Source: Catajapyx aquilonaris (lineage: Eukaryota). Taken from it: DNA of 39,650 nt. Position numbers and translations under genes: made by a program. The DNA lies in the NCBI GenBank assembly GCA_000934665.2, contig JYFJ02003652.1, positions 1 through 39,650 of the forward strand, read 5' to 3'. Shown piece after piece: positions 11,796-23,642 of this stretch; positions within the stretch are counted from its first letter, which is position 1, and every line of letters starts with the position of its first letter. The notes beneath the pieces were generated by a model. It ran no database searches and was not told the DNA's origin. It worked only from the letters and a program-made list of their open reading frames with translations.

Positions 11796-12506
11796 CTAAT
11801 GGACTAATTTCATGTGGCGGTGCATGGAGCGTTTGTTGTTGAACTGTTTCCCACAAGTGCTGCATTCAAAAGGCTTCTCACCCGAGTGAATTAACATGTG
11901 CTGGTGTAAGGTTCCAGACCGACCAAATCTTTTCCCACAAGTGCTACATTCAAAAGACTTCTCACCAGAGTGAATTAACATGTGAGAGTGTAAGTGTGCT
12001 GACTGAACAAATCTATTGCCACAAATGGTGCAGTGAAATGGTTTCAATCCCTTGTGAATCCGAACATGAAGGTGGTACTGAGAACTTGAAGGAAAACATT
12101 TTTCGCACCATTCGCACTGGAAGGGCCTTTCTCCTGTGTGACTCCTCCTGTGAATAACCACGTAAGACTTCCTAACAAATTTCTTGTCACACATGTCACA
12201 TGAGTAAGGCCTCACACCAAGATGGACATCCTTGCAATGCCTTTGTAACCCCCACTTTGAAGTGTACCTCTTATCACAATCACTGCATGGGTAAGGCCCA
12301 CCATCAGATCTGAGTCTTTCATGGCCAGTCAACTTCTGCTTCACTTGAGTAGTGTGTACTGATCCTGGCTTCTTCTTGTTTTCTGTCTTTTCCCCTGGTT
12401 TCTTTTTCAAGCCCACACACAATTCATCTGCAGTTGTACCATCCATATGGAAGTCTCCAGTGGTTCTCGAAGTATTTGTTTCAGTTGATTGCATATTGCA
12501 GTTACC
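11796..12506 (-). CDS. G2 terminal exon: six C2H2 zinc fingers
   Basis: ORF 11796..12494 has six C-x2-C...H-x3/4-H units with GEKP/GERP-type linkers. The acceptor tttaaaag|GGT at 12506 is conserved in G3 and G4. Confidence 0.95.
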   Translation of the reverse strand, partial: GNCNMQSTETNTSRTTGDFHMDGTTADELCVGLKKKPGEKTENKKKPGSVHTTQVKQKLTGHERLRSDGGPYPCSDCDKRYTSKWGLQRHCKDVHLGVRPYSCDMCDKKFVRKSYVVIHRRSHTGERPFQCEWCEKCFPSSSQYHLHVRIHKGLKPFHCTICGNRFVQSAHLHSHMLIHSGEKSFECSTCGKRFGRSGTLHQHMLIHSGEKPFECSTCGKQFNNKRSMHRHMKLVH

Positions 12507-15500
12507 CTTTTAAAAAACTCCACATTACTACTGAACAAAATTAAACACACACTAGGAAAACCCCTCGCTACACTCGCATTTTCCTAGAAAACCACTCACT
12601 TCGTTTGCTCTTTTCTAGGCCTGCGGCCTGGGGTATCTACTCGCGTACCACATCACCAGGGGAGGGTGTAACGTTAGAACTGCAGCAGTCTTTGAACGGC
12701 ACGATTAGTGAGATATGTCTGTGCTGTGTCTGTCATTCCGAAGAGTGAGACTCTGTCAAAGGACTCTGTAAACAACTTCACAGCAGTGCCAACTGGGCAA
12801 CAGCGCAGAGAAGGAATGGACAGTTTCCCCAGCAACCCAACAGAGGAGTTGTTTACATATCTTTGTACATGAGTAGAAGGCAGGCGAATGGGGAGGTGGC
12901 GGCAACAATATGCGGCGGACCAATCAGAGGGCTTGGTCAAACACCGCAAGGATTTTAATATGATAGATTCTAAACTGTATTAGTGTTGTTCATTGATCCA
13001 ATCATGGCAAGCAAAATCAAAATGGAAATCTGGACCTTCACACCACCACAGCTCAAAGGCAATCTTGAATCAAGTAGGATCAAGTAGGATTTTTTGCCAG
13101 ATTTTTAGACCCAAACTTGTTTTTTGAGTGGAATGTCCCTTTAAGACAGAAAATACTCCCACCGAAACGGTCTCAGGATAATTATGTTCAGGTCTGATCT
13201 GCCAAAATCAGCAGCTCATCTTTGAACAGTGGGACACTCCAATATTATTACAAAACAGGAGCCACATGATGGACAGTTGTAGAATTCATACATTTGCACT
13301 TATTGGGCTCTCTTTCAGTTAAATTTTTCAACTTTCAACTGTGAAGCCATTGCCTTTTAACTATTGGACAGCATTTCCCAAGGTATTTTAGTGAGCGAGT
13401 TCACAATCAGTGTTGACTATGAACACAGCTGATGTTTCATGGGTTGATCTGGTGATCTGGTTTTGCCACATTTTCACCCCTGCAATGCTCATCTTCCTCT
13501 CCCTTCCATTCTCGCCTCAGATATGTGAATCACAAACTGCATTAGGAGTCAGAAGTAACTCACCCTTCCCCTAAAGACAAATAACTGCAACCTTAAATGA
13601 CCCCTAATTAATTTCGCATAGCTTACCTTTTCTCTTGGTTTCTTCCTCTTCCTCTTCAAGAGAGCACATGTCTTGTCATCTGAGCGACTAGGAGGAATGT
13701 ACTCATCCCCAGAGTCACTCAGATCAGATAAGGACTGCTCACTGTAGTCTTTGTCCTCATAAACAGGAACCTGCAACACGAAAAATCAGTGATAATGAGT
13801 ATCTAAATCCACTCAATCCTTTGCTACTGGTGATGGACTAGGGATGTGCATATTAAGTACTTAATGACCCACATAAATTTATATAAATAAAATCCCACAT
13901 AATTACTTATCGTGGCAATAATAATTAGGCTTCGGTGCAGTTTAGCCCCACAAAAATCTTGCATATTTCTGTATATTTTTTGAATAAGCTTCATGAGCGG
14001 AGTCTAAAATGATACTCTTCCTAGTGTGCGGAAATGCTTGGTTCAAAAGTAATTGAATTTTGAAGTTGCAAGTAATAACAATGAATGAAATGAAAGTAAA
14101 CAAGTGTTCCTTTGTTGAAAACTGTCCACTCCCATTGCAGCGGGAGGTGATTCTCCGTGGAAACGTGTGAGTTGCCCCGGCAATGTGCTGTGAGGGATGC
14201 TGAGTGATGTAAATAAATGGTTGTTTGTCTGGAATTGGGCAAGCCAGGGGTTAACCACTCGACTGTAAAGTGTACACTGGAGTACCAAGGAGAACCCAGG
14301 AGTACCAAAGAGTATAAGGTACCTATAATGAGTACCTGGGAGTACCATCGCACTTCAGGTGTACACCAGAGTACTAAGCCTTCCTAGAAATAAGGAGGGT
14401 GGATGGTGTCTCATCGGCCATTGATGCTCGAGGTCTCTTCCACGCCAACAATACTGTTGCAGTAAAATGCATATTAAGCTTTTCGTAAATTACTCAAGGC
14501 ATGCCCCACGCTGATTGTGTTGGTGTTATATGTGTTATATGTTGAAAAATAAATGCAAGTTTAGCTATGCGGCCAAAAAATGTCCTCTTCACTGTTGAAA
14601 ATGGAAACAATTTTTTTTTTTTTTTTCACTCACAGACGCTCGTTTGTTCCTGGTCACCCTTCTGCTTGGGCCAGGAGATGACTCACTGGATGGATCAGAT
14701 GGAGTAGGCGGCATGGGTTCATCCGCATCAGGTTCACATCCACTGGAGACTTCTGAAGCAGCACCCTAGGGCAGTAAAATAATAGTGTGGCCTAAGATAT
14801 CATGATAAAACATTACTTCCAAAGGCCCAATTACACTACCCTCCACCCCCAGAATCCCCCACCCAGGAAGTCAGTCCAACATCTGTCAATTCTGGTTGCT
14901 TTATATTCAAATTGTACTCATGAGATGCAAAAAATACACATATGGCAATCCATCAAAGCAGGTTGTAATGATTAAGGGCAAAGTCGGGAACTAATTCTCT
15001 TTACCACATAAAAAATCAGTCCCAATTTGTTTTGACTCGCCCTGGTATATTGCAATGAATGCGGAAATATTATGGGTTAATCATTGTGGTGAATATATGG
15101 CAATGCTGCCTCACACTAGATAAGTACAATCAATTGGTGCACATGGAAATGTGTCTGAATGAGAGGAAATTCTACCATGACCTGACTCAGCACCAGTAAT
15201 CTATATTCTTTAGCAAGAGCGTTACACTACAAGAAGTACAAAAACCAAGTTACGGGATATCTAATTCCACTCAATCATTCATTACTATGCATATAAGTGG
15301 CGTGTTAATAAGGCTCCATAGTAGTATAAATACCATCACATATTATCTGCTAACACCTATTTATTTGAGGATCATGATTCAAAGCTAAAGTTGACCACTG
15401 GAATATCCATGTGAACGGACAGCCATCCCAGAGCTCCTCTTATCACACTCTTGATAGTTTCCTTTCCAAATAATAATAAAATTTACCCTACCTCAGTATT

Positions 15501-17362
15501 TTGCACGTGCCAGTGTTCTGCTTCCTGATGTGATGAGTCTCCCCTGTCCGGTGTGGATAGTCCAGGAGAATCTTCCGAGAGGACATCGCCAGATGTGAAA
15601 GCTGCTTCTCCACCTGGCAGAAATGTGATGGAAATATGCTATAGGTCTTAAAATATTTACTTTAATCATAAACCCTGCACTCCCAAGAACTTTCACTTGG
15701 ATATTACAGAATGTTGTAAGTTCCATTTACCCTTAACTAAATTGCTTAGGTTTGGGAAATAATACTGCTGTGTTAAGTGGAAGTGTTAAAGTGTACAAGG
15801 CACACAAATTGCCAATGGTAAAACTTCTTGCATCACACTACTATCCGTTTATTTAATGTAGAGCCCTATGTTTGACTCTAAACAACTCCCAGGAAAATTT
15901 GTATTGTTAGAAAGCTTGTTTAAATCCACGTTACATATATGCGAGTAGTTTTCCTATTGTCAGTCTCTAATTTTTTATCGTAAATAGAAGGCGGAAAAGT
16001 GTCATTTTTTGACAAGTTGCCGACATTACACCGCAAAGTGAATTTTTAATTCGATGCAATGCCCTAAACTGGGGTCAGATTGTGCCAGGTGGGGGTGAGT
16101 TGGATATTATGAATGTCTGTTTCTTTGCACACTCGACAGTGTTTTTTTCGCAGTCCTCTGACGATTGTAGGCCCATGATAAGGAATGGAAAAATGTAGGA
16201 CTAGAGGCCGGAGCACACGGAAAACGATATACAGGGGTTGGACAGAATAATAGGGCCATCGATGATGCCTGAGACGTCACTCATTTGACAAGGCAGGCAA
16301 AAGTCTCATTTTCTATAGATTGGGCAGACCCCGGAGTGAAAAGAAAAGGTACCAGGTGGGGGGAACCCTAGAAGGCAAGGAGAGGGTCCAAAGAGAGGTA
16401 GTGGTTGAAGTGTTGGGGGACTGGACTTGTGGTTTGTGGCGGTTGGTGTGAAGGTAAAAGTAGCCGGCAATCAGTTTCGTAGACTGTCACCAGCGGACGC
16501 TACAGTGGTCGTCAACACCAGCGCAACTTGCGAAAATTTGAGTAAGTAGGCCCACTATGCTAGTCTGTTAATTGTGATAATGCCAGACATGCATGAGCAT
16601 GCCCACTTTATATGGATGGGCAACTCAAATGTGATGCACACAATCCAAACGTGAAATGTAGTATTACCATGCAAAAACATTAGGGTCAGTCCTCTACCTC
16701 TGAAGATTTCTTGAGCTGATTGCCCCACTGCAACTTTTGAGATTTAAATTCTGCATTGTTTACAACAGAAGGCTTCAATAAGATATGCATACATAGATTG
16801 TTCATTATGTGAATGACAAACTTCTAGGATACAATCCTAGGCATCAGGGAAAGCAGACTTTGAGTAAAGGTGATATCTGCTCCATGCAATCCTGTTACTG
16901 AAATAATCAAAATGACATAAACACTGCCTTATTCCATATTCTGGATGTCATAGACAGTGAGTAGCCAATTACTTTTCCAGCGCCTAACTTATATTGCCTT
17001 CTAATCCTATTGGGAGAAGTTTGGGAGGCAAATACAATAAAAAATCCTCTGCAAAACAAAATCATACCTGTGTTTCCCAAGCTGTCAACTTCTGCAACTG
17101 AATCTGACTGAATCTCACTCAAGGAGGCAGCAATTTCACTGATGTTTCTCAATGCGCCATCATTTTCTGCTTCTAAGTCTTGATTCTACCATCACAGGGG
17201 ATAATATGAGCATTAGACAAGCAGTTTTTACAACGAAAAATTTGCTATCTGTTGTAACACTGATCAACATGTTGACATATGAACTAAATTAAAATGTTTC
17301 AAAATAAAACTATAAACTACCCGTCCCACCTTCCACCCCCAACCCTGCCCATGTCAGACTAT

Positions 17363-17398
<36 letters not shown>

Positions 17399-17451
17399 AA
17401 TATTATATTATATTATTATGTATTTACTAATAATACTAATAATACTAATAC

Positions 17452-17507
<56 letters not shown>

Positions 17508-20500
17508 GGCAATGGTTACATTCCCTTTGGGGTATATTGCACAGACCTTTATTGACGGTTTCTATGTACAGCATTGTACATCAGAACTTTTGTATGAAGG
17601 GCCCCGGCCCAAGGACAGGGTGACTGGGAGGGGATGTGCAAGGTGCAGTGCAATGTCGTTGCTTTGGTCATTTTGTGAACTCCCCAGTGTGGTTAGTCTA
17701 GCAGAAATCCCACGCGAGGTGAAACCACAGACTATGCAACTCTGCACAAGGTGAAGGGGAGAAATATTGGGCTTGGGATCGAACCCGGGAACAGTACATC
17801 TGTGGGTACATATTTACAATTGTATGTACTGCTGCACCACTCTGCCTCCCCTACAATTATTTCAATACATATATCGTCGCTGTGGAGTCAAAACCGCGTA
17901 ACTCTCTTTTCGGCAGATTTCGGGTTTTTGATTCTGAAAATCGGGCATTTTGCGCTGCATCTGCCATCAAATCGGCGTAATGCTTTGCTCAATAGGAGCG
18001 AAGATATGGGCAGGTTTAAAGATTAAATCTCAATGCAAGTGTAATATTTGTATTCAGTTTTTTAGTGTTCAGCACAGTAACTGTGCTGAACACTAGGTTG
18101 TGCTAGAGGTTGTGCTGGTTTTAAAAATTTGGCTATTTACACCATCATCATCACTGTCATAGCCCTTAAATTCTTCGTCTCTCTATTTCATTTGACCCCC
18201 AGACCAAATGAATTAGACATTTCAACCTCACCCAACTGTCAATTCCTTGTCCTTCATCCTCCACCATCACCTCCTCTGTCTTGCACTGGTCCAATTCAAC
18301 TTTTGTGCAGCCCACAGGCACGGAATGTCCAGTTTCAACATGAGCATTGCCTGAAGTGAGAGCTTCAGGAGGTATGTTGCCTGGAATGTCATCAGGAACT
18401 GAAAAGGGAAAGAGCATTCCAGTCTCTCTGACCCTCAGGAATCTCATTTACTTGGCAAGTACACATGTCCCAAACAGAATAGATATTGACATAATACTAT
18501 AATAACAGACTTTTCCGTCCAACTCATCATCATAAGTCGTAACTACCCCTGGTTTTTCTTCAATACGAGTTGTGAAAAGAACAGCATGGTGGCATAAGCA
18601 TAGTTTTAAAGGGACAGTACACCACAGCCATACAGTTCTACTGCCAGAGTTCAATCTCTGAGTGGAGCAGATAATACTGTATAGTCACATGGGAAGAGCT
18701 ATGAGGACTTCTCTCTGTGCACATTTTCTCTGATTATTCTCATTGCCTCCTACAAGCAAAATTCATCATCATGCTTAACGCTTCAAGGTAAGAACCCTCC
18801 AAGTTAGTCGTAAATAAGACTCTCACGTGACACAGAATCAAGATTCCAGCTCTTTCTGCAACAGCCGTAATCTGAGACGGTTGGAAGCCCTGTTTGTGGG
18901 CACCTCCCCTACAACCCAAAAATGCAAGTCCCCAATTCACCATGTCCTGATCCACACCCTTTGGACCCAACAAATGGCCTAGGGAATATCACAAAATGCG
19001 AAGTTAAAACCCTGAGTATAGGACCTTAACTGTAACACTTTGCCTGCTACATCCAATTCGGTGGCATCTTTAAATTGCAGGGTTACGCCCAAAATTTAAT
19101 CAAAATGATTAGGTAATGCACAGGAATGCATTCAAGCAGGGATATTTTAAACATTACGCTTGAAGATAACGCTCTCATCAGTAAGGAGGGTTAAGTGGCA
19201 AAATGACATCTCTACATGAAGTGACCCTCTGTACCACAGCAGTTCACCCTGGGCGTTTGTCAGTTATGATGTCAATGATGATAAAACCTGTGTGCGTGCC
19301 AACCATACCTGTTTTTGCCAAACTGCCAACTTTGACATCTGAATCCGCCTGAATCGCACACAAGAGGGCAGCAGTTTCACTCATGTTTCTGGCTGTTCTC
19401 TCTTCTTCAGATTCACAGTCTTGATTCTACCATTACAAGGGGAAACACTTTGCTAGTTAACTAACAATATTTTATAATTGCTTTAAACAAACAAAAACTC
19501 TGTAATGAAAAATTTGCCTATCTGTAGTCGCACTGGTCAACATATTAGGTACAGTCAATAAGTTCCCGTCCCTGCAGGCCGGCAGGTGACACGGAGACAG
19601 GTGCTGCTGTGGTTGGCTGTGAGGTACATTAGCAGTCACCAATCTGGCCAAGAGTGAACTCGGTGTGCTGTGTAATAGCTGCGGTACACAGTCGAAAAAT
19701 GTCGTTCACCATATCACGCGCTTCCAAGGCGGATGAACGGGCAGTAACTCAGTTCCTGTGAGCAGAGGGAGCGGGACCGAAGGAGATACATACACGCATG
19801 AGGGCTGTGTATGGAGACACTTTCCAGGCGTACTCGACAGTGAAGGACTGGGTACGCCATTTCCGCAGTGGTCGACAAGGCGCTTGTCCATCAACAGGAT
19901 TGCTGAACAGGCTTGCATCGTTGGAGGCGGTAACAGGTCGGCCTGACCGTGCCATGTCTGACGTGCCTTGTCGACCACTGCGGAAATGGCGTACCCAGTC
20001 CTTCACTGTCGAGTACGCCACGAAAGTGTCTCCATACACAGCCCTCGTGCATGTATGAATCTCCTACGGTCCCGCTCCCTCTCCACACAGGAACTGAATT
20101 ACTGCCTGTTCGTCCGCCTTGGACGCGCGTGATATAGTGAACGACATTTTTCGAATGTGTACCGCAGCTATTACGCAGCACACCGAGTTCACTCTTGGCC
20201 AGATTGGTGACTGCTAATGTACTATATCGCTCAAAAAGATAGAGACGATTGGCATTTGATTCAAGTGCAAGTTGCACTTGAGTCAAATGCAAAATCGTCT
20301 CTATCTTTTTGGGCGATATAGTACCTCACAGCCAACCACAGCAGCACCTGTCTCCGTGTCACCTGCTGGCCTCCAGCCAGCTGGGACGGGAACTTATTGA
20401 CTACACTAATATTTCATTGCACAATGAAATTGGTATGTAAGGAATTTTCATTGGTCATCAACAATGATTTCACTTCCATTGCTAATAATGAAAAATTGAT

Positions 20501-21442
20501 TTAAGCAGCTGGCATTTGGAAATTTCTGCTCTCATCATGACTGTATTGACATTGACACCAGCACCTCTAGAGATAACTGAGTCATTATAATGGTCTTTTA
20601 CAATTAAACCGAATAATACCAGTCAGTTTACACCATGGATTTGTACTACGGTATGTTTATGTTCCAAAAATATGACTCGGTTGCAACATAACATCTCATA
20701 CCCCGTAAATATTTGAGCTCGCAATTTCATTTGACCTAGCCATACCCTATAAATGAGCAATTTCAGTCATCCTCACCCAGCAGTTGATCTCTTGTGGTCC
20801 TTCATTCTCCACCATGACCTCCTCCTGCTCCGTCTTGCACTGGTCCAGCTCAATTTGGATGCTGCCCACAGGCACGGAATCTCCATTTTCAACTTGAGCA
20901 TCAACTGAACAAGTGAGATCTTCAGAAGGTGAGTTGCCTGGATCATCTGCAGCTGAAGAGGTAAAGCGCATTCCAGTCAAACCCTGACTCTCATTCACAT
21001 GTCACCCACAGAGGCATTTAGCCTACATGGGAAATGGTCATTGGGCATGTCGGTATGAGGAGGACAGGTGTTCAGAATGCATTATGAGGGTCCAACTCTT
21101 TTACTATAGGACGTGGGATATTATTATTACGTTTGATCATGGTTCGATTTCAGCTTGAGAGGGTTGGCAGCCCTGATTGGAATATATGCCACCACTTATT
21201 GTCACACAACCACATCACATCATGTCGAAGTCCCCCTTGAACTCACCCCCTTCCTCCTCTTCACTCGTCACTCTGCAGCCCCCACACCAGGCCCACTCCT
21301 TCAGGGCGCCCACACCATCCTCCAGTGCCTCCAGTCTGGACAGGATCAGGTCCAGGTTGTCCAGTCGAGGCAACATAAGCTCCAAGAGACGTTTCGTGGC
21401 CAAGATTGTCTCCATCATCAACTCCAGGTCGACTGGGGCCAT
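11796..21442 (-). CDS. ZnF-family paralog G2, complete 9-exon gene, about 627 aa, 6 C2H2 fingers
   Basis: Exons 21442-21247, 20952-20777, 19426-19309, 18398-18232, 17185-17068, 15613-15492, 14765-14634, 13770-13627 and 12506-11796. Lengths sum to 1884 nt (627 codons plus TAG). Junctions are canonical and phase-compatible, with splice positions conserved in paralogs. Confidence 0.85.
12552..12967 (-). mobile_element. Non-autonomous Helitron related to 1993-4758
   Basis: Minus strand 5' TCTATCATATTAAAATCC...GCCCTCTGATTGGTCCGC and 3' ...GCGAGGGGTTTTCCTAG. Flanked by A and T; absent from the same intron in G3 and G4. Confidence 0.85.
14244..14376. mobile_element. Single terminus of the element family seen at 22804-26613
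   Basis: ccaggggttaaccactcgactgtaaagtgtacactggagtacc matches the reverse complement of 26525-26613; GAGTACC subterminal repeats. Confidence 0.55.
17362..17852 (-). mobile_element. tRNA-derived SINE, family 2, with (ATT)n/(GTT)n tail
   Basis: Reverse-complement similarity to 24370-24786; B box GGTTCGATCC; microsatellite tail at 17362-17506. Confidence 0.8.
19548..20406. mobile_element. Foldback mariner derivative: two inverted copies of the 5' end including transposase HTH coding sequence
   Basis: Inverted arms of about 330 bp with TA flanks. Both arms encode VYGDTFxAYSTVKDWVRHFRSGR, and the spacer continues with RSGRP, typical of the mariner N-terminus. Absent from the equivalent G1 and G3 introns. 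Confidence 0.9.
20222..20321. mobile_element. 100-bp palindromic MITE nested in the right arm of the foldback mariner
   Basis: TA TSD; the left arm supplies the empty site (gctaatgTAcctcac). Confidence 0.85.
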
Positions 21443-21536
21443 GATGGCTCGTTCCCCTATCGAGACTCCTCTGCGACTCCCTCGATTCGAAAAGTGACGA
21501 CCTGTGACCAGACCAACAAACGTGTCTCGAAGCTGC

Positions 21537-21569
21537 TCAAAGAGAGAAAATCCTCGCAACGGACGCCAT
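21537..21569 (-). promoter_or_regulatory. Candidate uORF MASVARIFSL* upstream of G2 start
   Basis: Same position and length as in G1 and G3. Confidence 0.5.
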
Positions 21570-21599
21570 GTTAAATTCAGGATGGGGGGAGAAAGTCGC

Positions 21600-21660
21600 G
21601 TAGCTGTTGGGGTCAAGGAAAGCAGCGACTGTGAAGAACTAATATGGAACGGATAGCGCT
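21600..21660 (-). promoter_or_regulatory. Conserved putative core promoter/TSS block (copies at about 9715-9775 and 35415-35475)
   Basis: Minus-strand GCTATCCGTTCC(G/A)TATTAGTTCTT is shared by three paralogs just upstream of the uORF. TTAGTT resembles the arthropod Inr (TCAKTY). TSS not verified. Confidence 0.4.
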
Positions 21661-21787
21661 TAATGGAAAGATGCGATTTCCTAATTGTGAGTTTTTTTTT
21701 TTTTTTTTTTTTTGCTACACGTTAAACTGCAAAACGTTCAAAGGGCATCATTCTCGCCCATGGATCATCAATTCTCAATGCTCTGTG

Positions 21788-22075
21788 TAATAATAATTCA
21801 TACCCTGTTATCAGCCATCGGCTCTTTAGGGGGGAAGTTTGTTTTGCCTGGAACTCTCTTTGCTTTTTCATTTTACAGTGCTCTTTGGGTTAGCATAGGG
21901 ACGGAAGGAAGCGGCTGTGGCCTATTAATTACGGAAGCAACTCCGGAATTTTCCTGGAAGGACCGTGGGAAACCATAGAAAACCACGGTCAGCGAGTTGC
22001 CGGCCCCGGCATTTGATCCCAGGACCTCCCGATTAGCAGTCGGACACCATATCCCCTCCTCCAAACTGCTTCGGT
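21788..22075 (-). mobile_element. tRNA-derived SINE, family 1
   Basis: Reverse complement of 5158-5452; TSD ATGCTCTGTG (21778-21787 and 22076-22085). The empty site is at about 35537. Confidence 0.9.
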
Positions 22076-22836
22076 ATGCTCTGTGAATGCTCTTGTGAAG
22101 CTTTTTCTGTTGCTAAAAAGCATCACAAGAACATTGTCCAGGCTGGCACTGTTGCATTTCCTCATGAATATTCTCGCACAATTCGTATCAACTGCCTCCA
22201 TTTCGCATACGAGGTGTGATCAAAAAGTTCCCGGACTGTCGATATACCGTGCAATCCAGTGGAGGTACGAACTTGTGACGTTAGGGGGCGCTAGGTGCGC
22301 CTGTCAGCTATCAGTCTGAAAAATGTCGTCTTCATAGGTGCACATGTTTCCGAGTTTCGGCAGTTTTCTTGACACCATCTTCTTGTGCTTCTGCGATTTT
22401 TCGAAATCACTGATATGTTAGGGAGCAAAAGATTCGTATTAAATTTTGCCTCCAGCTCAACAAAACTTCGGATGCAACCAACCAAATGCTGAACAAGGCT
22501 ATTGATGAGCAAGTTGTAAGACATGCAATAACATATGTGGGTTAACAGCTTCGAAGGTGGCGCGTCAAGTGTGCAGCAAAATCAACTCAATGCTGATCAT
22601 TTTCTTTGACATTTTAGGAATTGTGCATATGGAGTTTCTTCCTCCTGGTAAAACTGTCAACGGCAAGTATTACTGCGATCGTTTGAGACGATTTAGGCTC
22701 AAATGGCCGGAGATGTGGAAGAACATAGACTGGTTGCTGCACCATGACAATGCAGCCTGCACACACCTCACGCGTAGTCAGGGACTTCCTGACAAAAAAC
22801 AACCAAGGGGGTAATCTACACCCATACATTTTCTGC

Positions 22837-23155
22837 CATGGGACAAAATGTATGGGTCAGTGGCCTTCCGTTCGATTTGCCTGAAAATGGGATATGTTGT
22901 CGCCCAGACCGTCCTGATCAATGTTGGATTGGGACATTTCGAGATAGGACGTACAGGTAGCATGCTAATGGCCTCCGAAGGTAATATGGGGAGTAATAGT
23001 AACTACTCCCCATATTATATTAGCACGCTTCCTGTACTTCCTACCTCGAAATGTCCCTATCTAACATTGATCAGGACAGTCTGGGCTACAACGAACATAT
23101 CCAATTTTCAGGCAAATTGAACGGAAGGCCACTGGCCCATACATTTTGTGCCATG
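22837..23155. mobile_element. Foldback MITE-like inverted repeat
   Basis: Imperfect inverted arms of about 130 bp starting CATGG(G/C)ACAAAATGTATGGG; no clear TSD. Confidence 0.7.
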
Positions 23156-23642
23156 TCCTTTACACATCCAAAATCACCCAAAACATTATATCCATATCCA
23201 GTTTATTGACCTGCCAGTTATTTAAATGAAAATGCAAGATATTTTATGCAAGATGAAAATGCAAGATAATTACAAATTCTGGCAAATGACCCAACAGACT
23301 CTTTGGGAATTGGCTGAAATATATACAAAGAGCGTAATATATTCAAGATATATACATACATACATACATACATAGATACATTCATTCACGGCATATTCCC
23401 ATCAAGATGGGGTTACCAGCGATGACCAGGTAGGGCTTATAGTCCACCTGGCCATCTCGAACGACCATTATAATGAATCCTCTGGTGACTGGTCAGGCCA
23501 CGCAGAGGATATAATGAGTAGGATGATAATGAAAAGGATGACATGAATACATACAGATACACAAACACATGCACAATACACACATATAAATATACAAAAA
23601 AACCATATAAAACTATGTAAAGTCTATGTAAAAATGAGTCTC

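Noticed and set aside
17294..17623. Poly-Asn ORFs (also 30276-30533)
   Set aside because: Translations of (AAT)n/(AAC)n SINE tails.
11796..21442. Assignment as PRDM9, a ZAD-ZNF or a KRAB-ZFP
   Set aside because: No SET/PR domain, no second CxxC pair and no KRAB-A consensus is visible in the reconstructed protein, so no gene symbol is given.
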